Shown here in pieces: positions 30,633 to 39,404 of a stretch of DNA of 56,359 nucleotides; the stretch's first letter is position 1, and every line of letters starts with the position of its first letter. Location: contig JBGAWJ010000003.1 in NCBI GenBank assembly GCA_044227605.1, positions 1 through 56,359 on the forward strand, in the 5' to 3' direction. Position numbers and translations under genes: made by a program. This DNA is from Alphaproteobacteria bacterium. GTDB taxonomy: Bacteria; Pseudomonadota; Alphaproteobacteria; JAEUKQ01. Below the pieces are notes generated by a model. That model did not search any database and was not told the origin of the DNA. It worked only from the letters and a program-made list of their open reading frames with translations.

Positions 30633-30850
30633 ACCCCCGCATCATGCCAGCTTGAACTTCAGAAATAAAGATAAAAAATCAGCCCTGCCGCCCTAATGAT
30701 TTTTTAGTGACTTTTTATGGTAGGGGATCATTGGCCATCAATCTATAATGATTAAAATCCTTCACTAACCTTAAAAAATTTGATATACTGAAAGATTGGA
30801 AAAAATAAAGTTTCCTAAAGTAAGTGGGGAAAAAGAATGGAGAGAACAAT

Positions 30851-31093
30851 ATGTCAAAAAAGAATAATGGTTTTTTCCGAACAATGGCCAAATATTATTA
30901 TCTGTATGTCATCATTAAAAAGTTCCGGGAAATTTTAAAAAACCGGGAATGCAAGGCCGATAAAAACCAAGAAAATCCAATAAGCTTGAAGGAAAAAATA
31001 CGAATTATTTATATAGCGGCGGGCATTATTTTAATTGTTGTTAAATTGTTGTGTTCTGACAAAACCGGCCACAATCAACCAGCAAACCAATAA
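30851..31093 (+). CDS. Small basic hypothetical membrane protein
   Basis: GGAG RBS before ATG 30851; hydrophobic segment IIYIAAGIILIVVKLL. Confidence 0.55.
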   Translation: MSKKNNGFFRTMAKYYYLYVIIKKFREILKNRECKADKNQENPISLKEKIRIIYIAAGIILIVVKLLCSDKTGHNQPANQ

Positions 31094-31113
31094 ACGATAA
31101 AAAAGGGCATATC

Positions 31114-31464
31114 ATGAAAAGTTCTAAAATCTTATCAATTTTGACTTCTGCCGTTTCAGTGGGGGTGATCGCGGCCGGTGCCTTCATGTTTTGGAAAAAG
31201 AAAAACGAAAAAGAAAAAAGCAATTTAAAGCACCCCTCTGCGGATAGCAAAACGACCGATCATGGGGGACAGGATGAGGGGGCTGAAAAAGCCAAAGATC
31301 ATTCAAAGTCTTCCCCTGAAAAGGATGATAAAACAAAGGATGATAAAACAACGAATCATCCCAAAAAAAGTGAGAATGATAAAAAATCTCCCCCTCACGC
31401 CTCACATCATGAGGAAAAAGAAGAGAAGAGGGCCAACCACGGAAAAACAGCAAAAAAGGGATAA
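31114..31464 (+). CDS. Signal-anchored protein with charged disordered tail
   Basis: N-terminal TM segment followed by WKKK and a K/D/E/H/S-rich tail. Confidence 0.7.
   Translation: MKSSKILSILTSAVSVGVIAAGAFMFWKKKNEKEKSNLKHPSADSKTTDHGGQDEGAEKAKDHSKSSPEKDDKTKDDKTTNHPKKSENDKKSPPHASHHEEKEEKRANHGKTAKKG
31321..31350 (+). repeat. Perfect 15-bp tandem duplication (KDDKT x2)
   Basis: AAGGATGATAAAACA AAGGATGATAAAACA. Confidence 0.95.
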
Positions 31465-31655
31465 GCCTGGATTTTGGCGGAGGGGGAAGGTGGCAGGTCA
31501 ATTTTGGCACGTTATGTAGTAAATTTTCATAAGGTGGGGTGATTGGAACATTTGGTTCTGCCATTCTTCGTTAGCCAGGGTTTTTCCTTATTTATCTTTT
31601 TGTTGCTACCCATTCAAAGCAGAATGTGTTTACAAGCAATGCAAGGGATGGATCA

Positions 31656-31874
31656 ATGAAAAACAAAAGTAATTTTATTGGCACCTTAGTTGCGCTGCTG
31701 CTGGTAGTGCTTTTGGTCATTGTTGTGGTTCTTTTATTGGGAGGGGCTTTTTTAGTCTATCAACAAATCAATAAAATGTTTGGGCGATTGAAAAGACAAT
31801 TTTTTTTCATCACCCTTTCTTTTATCATCTTACTGGCTGCTTTTATTGTCCTTATCCAGCAATTAACTGCTTAA
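31656..31874 (+). CDS. Small two-TM hydrophobic protein
   Basis: ATG 31656; two long hydrophobic helices joined by a basic loop. Confidence 0.6.
   Translation: MKNKSNFIGTLVALLLVVLLVIVVVLLLGGAFLVYQQINKMFGRLKRQFFFITLSFIILLAAFIVLIQQLTA
31665..31704 (+). repeat. 40-bp direct repeat, copy 1
   Basis: AAAAGTAATTTTATTGGCACCTTAGTTGCGCTGCTGCTGG, identical to 32764-32803. Confidence 0.95.
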
Positions 31875-32079
31875 AACCCCCATTTTTTTAAACCAAATAG
31901 AAGAAAATTTTATAAGCATTGTGGATTATCTTCATTATGTTCCCGGCCTTAGCTGAGGTTAAAATTTCTACGACAGATTGTGGATCCAAAATTATTAATT
32001 GGATTTTTTTAAAAAAATAGCTACAATATGTCCGGGAACTTATCAAAATATCATTTTATGTTTATTCAAAAGAGGAACG

Positions 32080-32466
32080 ATGAAAGTGATGAAACTATCG
32101 AATGCTTTAACGGCAATGTCACTTATTTTATTAATCACTCAAACCATGCAACAACCTGCTTTTGCTGGGTCTAATCTAGGTAATGGGACACATCCAGGTT
32201 CTGGCACTACCACAGGCTCTGGTACTACGGGTCTTAACACTCCTGAAGGAAATGAGAGCAATCCTGCTGGTTCCTATAGTGGTGGTAACCCCTATGTTGC
32301 TTATGGTGCGCAGCCAGGTACTCCCTATGGTAGCTATGCTACTTACACTTTTCCAGGCAGTCAGCCGTTCAATGTTCAGTTAGGCTATCAAAGCCTGGTT
32401 CTGATGGATTACTGCGTAACGGCAGGTGCAGAAGGGGATAATAGTTGCTTACTGAAAGCTAATTAA
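32080..32466 (+). CDS. Secreted Gly/Thr/Pro-rich protein, paralog A
   Basis: AGAGGA RBS; signal peptide ending PAFA; C-terminal PFNVQLGYQSLVLMDYC-x10-C. Start is ATG 32080 or 32089. Confidence 0.8.
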   Translation: MKVMKLSNALTAMSLILLITQTMQQPAFAGSNLGNGTHPGSGTTTGSGTTGLNTPEGNESNPAGSYSGGNPYVAYGAQPGTPYGSYATYTFPGSQPFNVQLGYQSLVLMDYCVTAGAEGDNSCLLKAN

Positions 32467-32524
32467 GCTTTGGCTAGTAACTAACCCTTAGCTAACTGTT
32501 TCTCATGTTAGCATCTTTATCTAT

Positions 32525-32557
32525 AGAACAGCCAGGGTTATCCTTGGCTGTTCTTTT
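32525..32557 (+). terminator. Rho-independent terminator after paralog A
   Basis: AGAACAGCCAGGG-TTAT-CCTTGGCTGTTCT followed by TTT. Confidence 0.85.
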
Positions 32558-32763
32558 ATTGACCAATTGATCCATCTTCTTCCCCATAAGAAAACAACCA
32601 CAACCCAAACTTCAACACTTGGCTGCTGTGGTTTTTGTAAGGCGACTGGCAGAGGGGGGCTATTTTAGATGCTTCTTCCCTTTTGTCCTGAAATACCATC
32701 ATTGGATGATAAAAAATCTAGGTGAAATAGGGTTTTTCAAAGGCAAATAAATGACGCAGTAGA

Positions 32764-32803
32764 AAAAGTAATTTTATTGGCACCTTAGTTGCGCTGCTGC
32801 TGG
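32764..32803 (+). repeat. 40-bp direct repeat, copy 2 (remnant of the two-TM gene)
   Basis: Identical to 31665-31704; no in-frame start codon upstream. Confidence 0.95.
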
Positions 32804-32966
32804 CAGCTTCTTTTTATAACTCTAGGGCATTGGCGGGTTTCATAAAGTTTCATGAGTTTTTATAATAATCCTTATAAGAAACTATAGTCAGTCAAACCAC
32901 AGAAAATAGCCGTTATTTGTGAAAAGCTGCTGGAACTTTAAACCTTAATATTTTTCCAGGAGAAGA

Positions 32967-33335
32967 ATGATGAAACTATCGAATGCTTTAACGGCAATAT
33001 CTTGTATCTTGCTGCTAAGCCAAACCATGCAACAACCTGCTTTGGCGGGTTATAATGACGATCCGCAAGGTCCGACCGATCCGCAGGAACCCAACAATCC
33101 GGCACCAGATTCAGGAAAGGTAGGCCCGGTTAACCCATCTTTTGATCCCGTAGGTAGTGGGGATAAGAGTCCAGGCGAGCAATGGGGGCGCAATAGTAAT
33201 GGTAGCGATATGCCATTCGACCTGCAGTTGGGATATCAAGGATTGGTTTTGTTGGATTCATGTACAGGTGAAGGTGTGATCACAAATAATATTTGTGGGA
33301 TACAGCCAGATGTGGCTTCACTGCCCACAGAATAA
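32967..33335 (+). CDS. Secreted Pro/Asp/Gly-rich protein, paralog B
   Basis: AGGAG RBS; signal peptide ending PALA; C-terminal PFDLQLGYQGLVLLDSC-x10-C. Confidence 0.82.
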   Translation: MMKLSNALTAISCILLLSQTMQQPALAGYNDDPQGPTDPQEPNNPAPDSGKVGPVNPSFDPVGSGDKSPGEQWGRNSNGSDMPFDLQLGYQGLVLLDSCTGEGVITNNICGIQPDVASLPTE

Positions 33336-33357
33336 AGACCTAGTTACTAGAAATGAA

Positions 33358-33386
33358 GGCAGCCAAGGCAATCCTTGGCTGTTTTT
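33358..33386 (+). terminator. Rho-independent terminator after paralog B
   Basis: GGCAGCCAAGG-CAAT-CCTTGGCTGTTTTT; homologous to the terminator after paralog A. Confidence 0.85.
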
Positions 33387-33609
33387 CTGATTTAAGCCTG
33401 CTCTCTAATAATGGGTCAAAAAAATTATCGCCCCCATAAGCTAGAAGAGAAATTTGTTGGTCAGAACAAAAACTGTTCAAATCAACTTCAAGGGCAATAT
33501 TTTGCCTTGAAAAAACTTTCCAGTGATAACATTTTTAAAGGTGATTCTAAGCGTGCCAAAAGCAAAGAAACTTAAACAAATAGCTAGTTTTCTACAAGCT
33601 TGAACCTTA

Positions 33610-33972
33610 TTACTCTTTAGGCCAGCTGGTTCTTGGAACCCGATTGCCTACCCCGTCAATATAAAACTCTTGATCTAACTTCATATCGGATTTGAAAACA
33701 TATCCTTGCAATTTCCACATTTGAACAGCGCCCGCATAAGTCGTCCAAGGGAAAATCCAATATTTGGCTTTGGCAAAATCTTCGGGTGTTTCAAGCAATT
33801 TGCCATTGCCATCGTAAAATACCACAGAGTCTCTGACGACTTCTGTTTGATAAAGTTCTAATTTATCATTCTTTAAAGCAGCAATAACTTTGTCCTCTGC
33901 AGGGGTTTGAGCCCCCGACATGTTTGCAGAGACAAATAAAAGGGCAATACCAAGGATCAACTGACGCATCAT
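33610..33972 (-). CDS. Secreted hypothetical protein
   Basis: AAGGA RBS; signal-peptide-like MMRQLILGIALLFVSANMSGA. Confidence 0.7.
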   Translation of the reverse strand: MMRQLILGIALLFVSANMSGAQTPAEDKVIAALKNDKLELYQTEVVRDSVVFYDGNGKLLETPEDFAKAKYWIFPWTTYAGAVQMWKLQGYVFKSDMKLDQEFYIDGVGNRVPRTSWPKE

Positions 33973-34076
33973 AAAATTCCTTTAATGGATGGTAATATAA
34001 AACCTTGCGCCAAAGTATACAGCATCATTTAACTCGTAGCTATATTTTTCTGACAAAATAACCATCCGAGGAAATT

Positions 34077-36770
34077 TTAGATTTTCCCGTGGCACTGTTT
34101 AAATTTTTTGCCTGATCCGCAAGGGCAGAGAGAATTCCTGGGGGTTGCTTGCCAATTGGGCGGAAGTTTAGATGAAGAATTGGTTGGGCCTTGCAAATGA
34201 TTACTACCATTCGGCAGTTGGCGTTGGGGGCCAGGGTTGTTTCTATTGTCAGTCGCGCGATTGCGCGCTGCTGCCTGCGGTGAGGCTGCTGCTTGATCCG
34301 TGCGGATTTCCAAATGCGATAAAACTGCCGTCACTTGTTCGCGCAGTTTACCTAAGAAGCCCGAGAACATATCAAATGCTTCCCGTTTATATTCGTTTAA
34401 AGGATCACGTTGGCCGTACGCACGCAGGCCAATGCCTTGGCGCAGATGATCCAAGCTTAGCAAATGTTCTTTCCAGTTTTGGTCCAGCAATTGCAATAAA
34501 ATACTTTTTTCTGCAAATTGCAGCATTCCTGCACCGTATTTGCTTTCTTTTTCTTGCATTTTGACATTCGAGGCTTCGGTCAAGCGTTCCCCAATTTCAA
34601 CGGCCGTAATATCCTCTTTGGCCCATTCTTGTAGGGGCAAATCAAGGGCTAACAGGCGAATAGATTCTTCATGCAGGCCTTTGATATTCCATTCTTCCGC
34701 ATAAGATTTGGCGGGCAGGTAAGTGGCGGTCAAATCTTGGATAACCTGATGGCGCATATCAGCAACCATCTCGCGCACACTGGTGGTTTTCATCAAGTCG
34801 CGCCGCTGTTCATAAATGACTTTGCGTTGGTCATTCATGACATTATCGTAACGGAGCAGGTTTTTACGGATGTCAAAGTTCCTGGCTTCAACCTTTTCCT
34901 GGGCTTTCTCCAGGGCTTTGCTGACCCAAGGATGCGTGATAGCTTCCCCTTCCTTAAGCCCGAAGCGGACCAATAAAGCATCCAAACGCCCAGAGCCGAA
35001 GATACGCATTAAGTCATCTTCCAAAGACAGAAAAAACCGGGAAATCCCGGGGTCGCCCTGACGTCCAGAACGGCCACGCAACTGGTTATCAATCCGGCGG
35101 CTTTCATGGCGTTCGGTACCGATAATAAATAAGCCGCCCACATCCAGCACCTTTTTCCTGGCGGCTTCGATTTCCGCTTTAATTTTCTCAATTTTGCGCT
35201 TTTTCACGTCATCACTATCGCTATCAAGCACTTCTTTCCGGATGCGCATATCGAGATTGCCACCCAATTGGATATCAGTGCCGCGGCCTGCCATATTGGT
35301 GGCAATGGTGACGGCGCCTGGCGTGCCAGCCTGGGCGATAATTGCCGCTTCCTGTTCATGATAGCGGGCATTTAACACTTGATGGTCGATATGGCGGGCT
35401 TTTAAAAGCTGCGCGATTACTTCAGATTTTTCGATGCTGACGGTGCCGACCAAGACGGGCTGCTGTTTTTTCCGGCATTCCAAAATCAAATTGATGATGG
35501 ATTGATATTTTTCCTTGGCTGTCCGATAAACTTCATCTTGCTCATCTTTCCGTTGCATCGGGCGGTTGGTCGGAATAGCAATTACGTCTAAATTGTAAAT
35601 TTCGGCAAACTCCGATGCCTCTGTCATAGCGGTGCCGGTCATCCCGGATAATTTCGGATACAGGCGAAAGTAGTTTTGGAAGGTGATCGAGGCTAACGTT
35701 TGGTTCTCATTTTGAATAGGCACACCTTCTTTCGCTTCCAAGGCTTGGTGCAGCCCTTCCGAATAGCGCCGGCCTTCCATCATACGACCGGTAAATTCGT
35801 CGATGATGACAATTTTCTTATCTTTGACAATATAAGCGACATCACGCTCAAATAATTTATGGGCCCTTAAGGCTGCTTGGATATGATGCAATAAACCGAT
35901 ATTAGGTAAATCATATAATGACCCCTCTGACATCAACCCGCTTTGCCGCAACAAACCCTCAAATTTTTCAATGCCTTGGTCGGTTAAAGTGACTTGGCGC
36001 GCTTTTTCATCTTTCTCAAAATCGCCCTCTGCTAATTTTGGGACGAAAACGTTAATCTTGGTATATAGTTCTGAATTGTCTTCCGTTGGCCCCGAAATAA
36101 TCAAAGGGGTGCGGGCCTCATCAATCAAAATGCTATCAACTTCGTCCACAATCGCATAATTAAAATCCCGTTGCACCATGTCTTCCAAGCGGTATTTCAT
36201 ATTATCGCGCAGGTAATCAAAGCCCAATTCATTATTAGTGCCATAAGTGATATCACAGAGATAAGCGGCGCGGCGTTCATCGTCATTCAACCCATGCGTG
36301 ATCACACCAACCGTTAAACCCAAAAAGCGGTAAATCCGCCCCATCCATTCAGCGTCGCGTTTTGCCAAATAGTCATTGACGGTAACAATATGGACCCCTT
36401 TACCCGACAGCGCATTCAAATAGGCAGCTAAGGTGGATACAAGGGTTTTCCCTTCTCCCGTCTTCATTTCGGCAATCATGCTGCGATTTAAGACCATTCC
36501 GCCAATTAATTGCACGTCATAATGGCGTTGGCCCAAAATCCGTACGGCCGCTTCGCGGACGGTGGCAAAAGCATCTGGTAATATTGCGTCTAGCTTCTCC
36601 CCCTGCTTCAGCCGTTCTTTCAACCATGTTGTCCGCTGCGACAATTCCTGGTCAGATAGCTTTTTAACCGATGGCTCAAGCTGGTTAATCTGATTAACAG
36701 TTTTCCGCAAAGACTTTAAAAAACGATCGTTAGCGGAACCAAAAAGTTTTTTTAAAAGATTTATCGGCAT
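34077..36770 (-). CDS. secA: Preprotein translocase SecA
   Basis: [39 protein letters not shown]-terminal [14 protein letters not shown]. Confidence 0.98.
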   Translation of the reverse strand: MPINLLKKLFGSANDRFLKSLRKTVNQINQLEPSVKKLSDQELSQRTTWLKERLKQGEKLDAILPDAFATVREAAVRILGQRHYDVQLIGGMVLNRSMIAEMKTGEGKTLVSTLAAYLNALSGKGVHIVTVNDYLAKRDAEWMGRIYRFLGLTVGVITHGLNDDERRAAYLCDITYGTNNELGFDYLRDNMKYRLEDMVQRDFNYAIVDEVDSILIDEARTPLIISGPTEDNSELYTKINVFVPKLAEGDFEKDEKARQVTLTDQGIEKFEGLLRQSGLMSEGSLYDLPNIGLLHHIQAALRAHKLFERDVAYIVKDKKIVIIDEFTGRMMEGRRYSEGLHQALEAKEGVPIQNENQTLASITFQNYFRLYPKLSGMTGTAMTEASEFAEIYNLDVIAIPTNRPMQRKDEQDEVYRTAKEKYQSIINLILECRKKQQPVLVGTVSIEKSEVIAQLLKARHIDHQVLNARYHEQEAAIIAQAGTPGAVTIATNMAGRGTDIQLGGNLDMRIRKEVLDSDSDDVKKRKIEKIKAEIEAARKKVLDVGGLFIIGTERHESRRIDNQLRGRSGRQGDPGISRFFLSLEDDLMRIFGSGRLDALLVRFGLKEGEAITHPWVSKALEKAQEKVEARNFDIRKNLLRYDNVMNDQRKVIYEQRRDLMKTTSVREMVADMRHQVIQDLTATYLPAKSYAEEWNIKGLHEESIRLLALDLPLQEWAKEDITAVEIGERLTEASNVKMQEKESKYGAGMLQFAEKSILLQLLDQNWKEHLLSLDHLRQGIGLRAYGQRDPLNEYKREAFDMFSGFLGKLREQVTAVLSHLEIRTDQAAASPQAAARNRATDNRNNPGPQRQLPNGSNHLQGPTNSSSKLPPNWQATPRNSLCPCGSGKKFKQCHGKI

Positions 36771-37124
36771 TTAATCCTCAATGAATCGCAGACCGGGGAC
36801 AACGACATCCGGTTGGCAAAATATAAACACGCCTGCCCCATATTACAAGGCGCATTTTTGCCCAATAAAAGTGTAGTTTTTCTAACCAATAGCGTCCCTT
36901 ACCTTATCATTGCTGATGGCAAGAAGGAAACAAAATTTTTCATCAATAGGGAAAGATACCGGAAAAAATGATGTTTGTGAGGGGTTGGAACCAAGAATTA
37001 AGCTTGTATGGAGGGGATATTGACAAGGGAATATCAGGACAGGTAGTTGACGGCATTCACCAAAGCACTTATTGAAATAAAAAACAACCAAAACTATCAT
37101 GTCATTTATTCACAGGATATGGTC

Positions 37125-38351
37125 ATGACTCATCCCTCACCCTTTACTCCCAAACAATTGGCAGTTTTGCCAGCGTTAAAAAATGTGCAAATTAGCACCA
37201 CCAATTGCGGCTTGAAATACAAAAACCGGGATGATTTGTGTTTAATGGTTTTCCCCGTTTCTAGCAATGTTGCTGGCGTTTTTACCAAATCCTTGACTGC
37301 TTCCGCCCCGGTGTTACGTTGCCGTCAGAACTTACCCCAAGGGACGGTGCGGGCGATCCTCATCAATGCTGGTAATTCCAATGCTTTCACAGGTAAGGCA
37401 GGGGAGGATGCGGTAACCAGGTGCCTGCAAGATGTTGCCCACCATGTGGGTTGTTCCCCTAATCAGGTTTTTATGGCCTCAACCGGGGTCATCGGCGAGC
37501 CTTTGAAAGATGATCTTATCCGTGGCAAAATTCCAACCCTCATGGCGCATTTGGGCGAAAATAATTGGCAGGCAGCAGCCCAAGCAATCATGACTACCGA
37601 TACATTTGCCAAAATGGTGACAAGGCAAGCCAAAATCGGCGGGACTACTGTCACGATCAATGCAATTGCCAAAGGTTCCGGGATGATTGCGCCGGATATG
37701 GCTACTATGCTGGCTTTTGTGGCGACAGATGCCTTGATTCCTGCGGTTATTTTGCAAAAACTTCTGAACCGGGCCGTTGACCAGTCCTTTAATTGCATCA
37801 CCGTTGATGGGGATACCTCGACCAGTGATAGCTTGATTGCTTGTGCAACTGGCGAAGCCCAGCATGAGGATGTCCAAGCCAATCCCAATCTTTTGGGTGA
37901 TTTTCGTCACCAATTTGATCAAGCCTTAATTGATTTAGCGTGTCAAGTGGCCAAAGACGGTGAGGGAATTAGCAAATTCATTACCATTCAGGTCAATGGT
38001 GCTGCTTCTAAAGCGGCCGCCCGTAAAATCGGCTTAACGATTGCCAATTCACCCTTGGTTAAAACCGCAATTGCGGGGCAAGATGCCAATTGGGGACGCA
38101 TTGTGGCGGCGGTTGGCCGGTCAGGACAAAAAGCCAACCGGGATAAATTATCCATTGCCATCGGTGGGGTGCAAATTGCCAAAGATGGGTTGCGGTTGCC
38201 GTACTATGATGAAACACCGGTTGCCCAGCATATGAAAGGCAAAGAAATAAATATTGAGGTTGATGTGGGGATCGGCACGGGCAAAGCGAAAGTTTGGACA
38301 TGCGATTTAACCCATGGGTATATTGATGTCAACGCCTCCTATCGTAGCTAG
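37125..38351 (+). CDS. argJ: Bifunctional ornithine acetyltransferase/N-acetylglutamate synthase ArgJ
   Basis: STGVIG, IMTTDT, KGSGMIAPDMATML, DGDTSTSD, DGEG, WTCDL. Start placed at ATG 37125 after AGGA. Confidence 0.95.
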   Translation: MTHPSPFTPKQLAVLPALKNVQISTTNCGLKYKNRDDLCLMVFPVSSNVAGVFTKSLTASAPVLRCRQNLPQGTVRAILINAGNSNAFTGKAGEDAVTRCLQDVAHHVGCSPNQVFMASTGVIGEPLKDDLIRGKIPTLMAHLGENNWQAAAQAIMTTDTFAKMVTRQAKIGGTTVTINAIAKGSGMIAPDMATMLAFVATDALIPAVILQKLLNRAVDQSFNCITVDGDTSTSDSLIACATGEAQHEDVQANPNLLGDFRHQFDQALIDLACQVAKDGEGISKFITIQVNGAASKAAARKIGLTIANSPLVKTAIAGQDANWGRIVAAVGRSGQKANRDKLSIAIGGVQIAKDGLRLPYYDETPVAQHMKGKEINIEVDVGIGTGKAKVWTCDLTHGYIDVNASYRS

Positions 38352-39309
38352 CTTACTGGCTTGCCCTTTGCAGACCAATCGTCTGCAATTGCGGCAACTG
38401 CAGCGGGGTGACCAGGAGGCTGTTTACCGATTGGTCAATAATCCCGAAGTTTCCAAACAAACTGCCCGCATCCCTTATCCCTATACGATGGCAATGGCGG
38501 GCGAATGGATTGCTGCTATGCCAGAGCGGGTGAGGGAAGGGGAATATGTGTGGGTTATTATTGAAAAAAACAGCCAGCAATTGGTTGGATGCATCAGTTT
38601 TATTTGGGAATTTGCCCAAAAAGAAGCGGTGGTGGGGTATTGGCTGGGTCAGCCTTTTTGGGGCAAGGGATATATGAGTGAAGCATTGGCAGCGATTGTT
38701 GAACATGCTTTTATTTTTCTTCCCATCCAACAATTACAGGCCCATGTCCGCAAAGAAAATTTTTCATCAAAGCAGGTGCTGAAAAAAAATGGGTTCCAGC
38801 CGATTGGTTCCAAAGTGGAATATTTCCCCGTTCGCCAAGAAAATGTGGAATTAGATACGTATAGTTTAAGTCGGGATAATTGGTTCAAACGCCAAATATC
38901 ACCTATTCCTATCCTTTTGGTGGGGGCTGCCATTTTACTCAATGAAGGTCATCAGATTTTGTTGGCGCAACGCCCAGCGGGAAAAGCAATGGCGGGATTG
39001 TGGGAATTTCCAGGCGGTAAGATTAATCAGGGTGAAACGCCGGAACAAGCTGTCATCCGCGAATTATTTGAAGAATTGGATATCACGGTTAAGGAGGCAT
39101 GTTTAGCGCCTTTTACTTTTGCTTCCTATCGATATCGTTCCTTTCATTTGTTGATGCCGGTTTTTGTATGCAGACGTTGGCAAGGGGAGGTCAAAGGCAA
39201 GGAAGGACAACAGTTAAAATGGGTAGAAATCAATCAATTATCGCGCTATCCGATGCCACCTGCGGATATTCCCCTAATCGCCCCCATCCGGGATTTTTTG
39301 GGCAAGTGA
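38326..39309 (+). CDS. mutT: Fused RimJ/L-type GNAT acetyltransferase and MutT (Nudix) hydrolase
   Basis: N-terminal GYWLGQPFWGKGY GNAT; C-terminal WEFPGGK...ETPEQAVIRELFEEL Nudix box and MPPAD. The start overlaps the end of argJ. Confidence 0.88.
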   Translation: MSTPPIVASLLACPLQTNRLQLRQLQRGDQEAVYRLVNNPEVSKQTARIPYPYTMAMAGEWIAAMPERVREGEYVWVIIEKNSQQLVGCISFIWEFAQKEAVVGYWLGQPFWGKGYMSEALAAIVEHAFIFLPIQQLQAHVRKENFSSKQVLKKNGFQPIGSKVEYFPVRQENVELDTYSLSRDNWFKRQISPIPILLVGAAILLNEGHQILLAQRPAGKAMAGLWEFPGGKINQGETPEQAVIRELFEELDITVKEACLAPFTFASYRYRSFHLLMPVFVCRRWQGEVKGKEGQQLKWVEINQLSRYPMPPADIPLIAPIRDFLGK

Positions 39310-39404
39310 TTGCGGCGGCAGTCCACTTGATATCTAGCCAGAATCACTTTACGCTAAGCCCAAGAAAATTTTAATAAATAGGTTCTTTTTTAAGGGCAGC
39401 TAGA

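Noticed and set aside
31665-33386. Repeats as a CRISPR array or a RiPP cluster
   Set aside because: Only two copies about 1.1 kb apart and no cas genes. The leaders look like Sec signal peptides, and no modifying enzyme or peptidase-transporter is adjacent.
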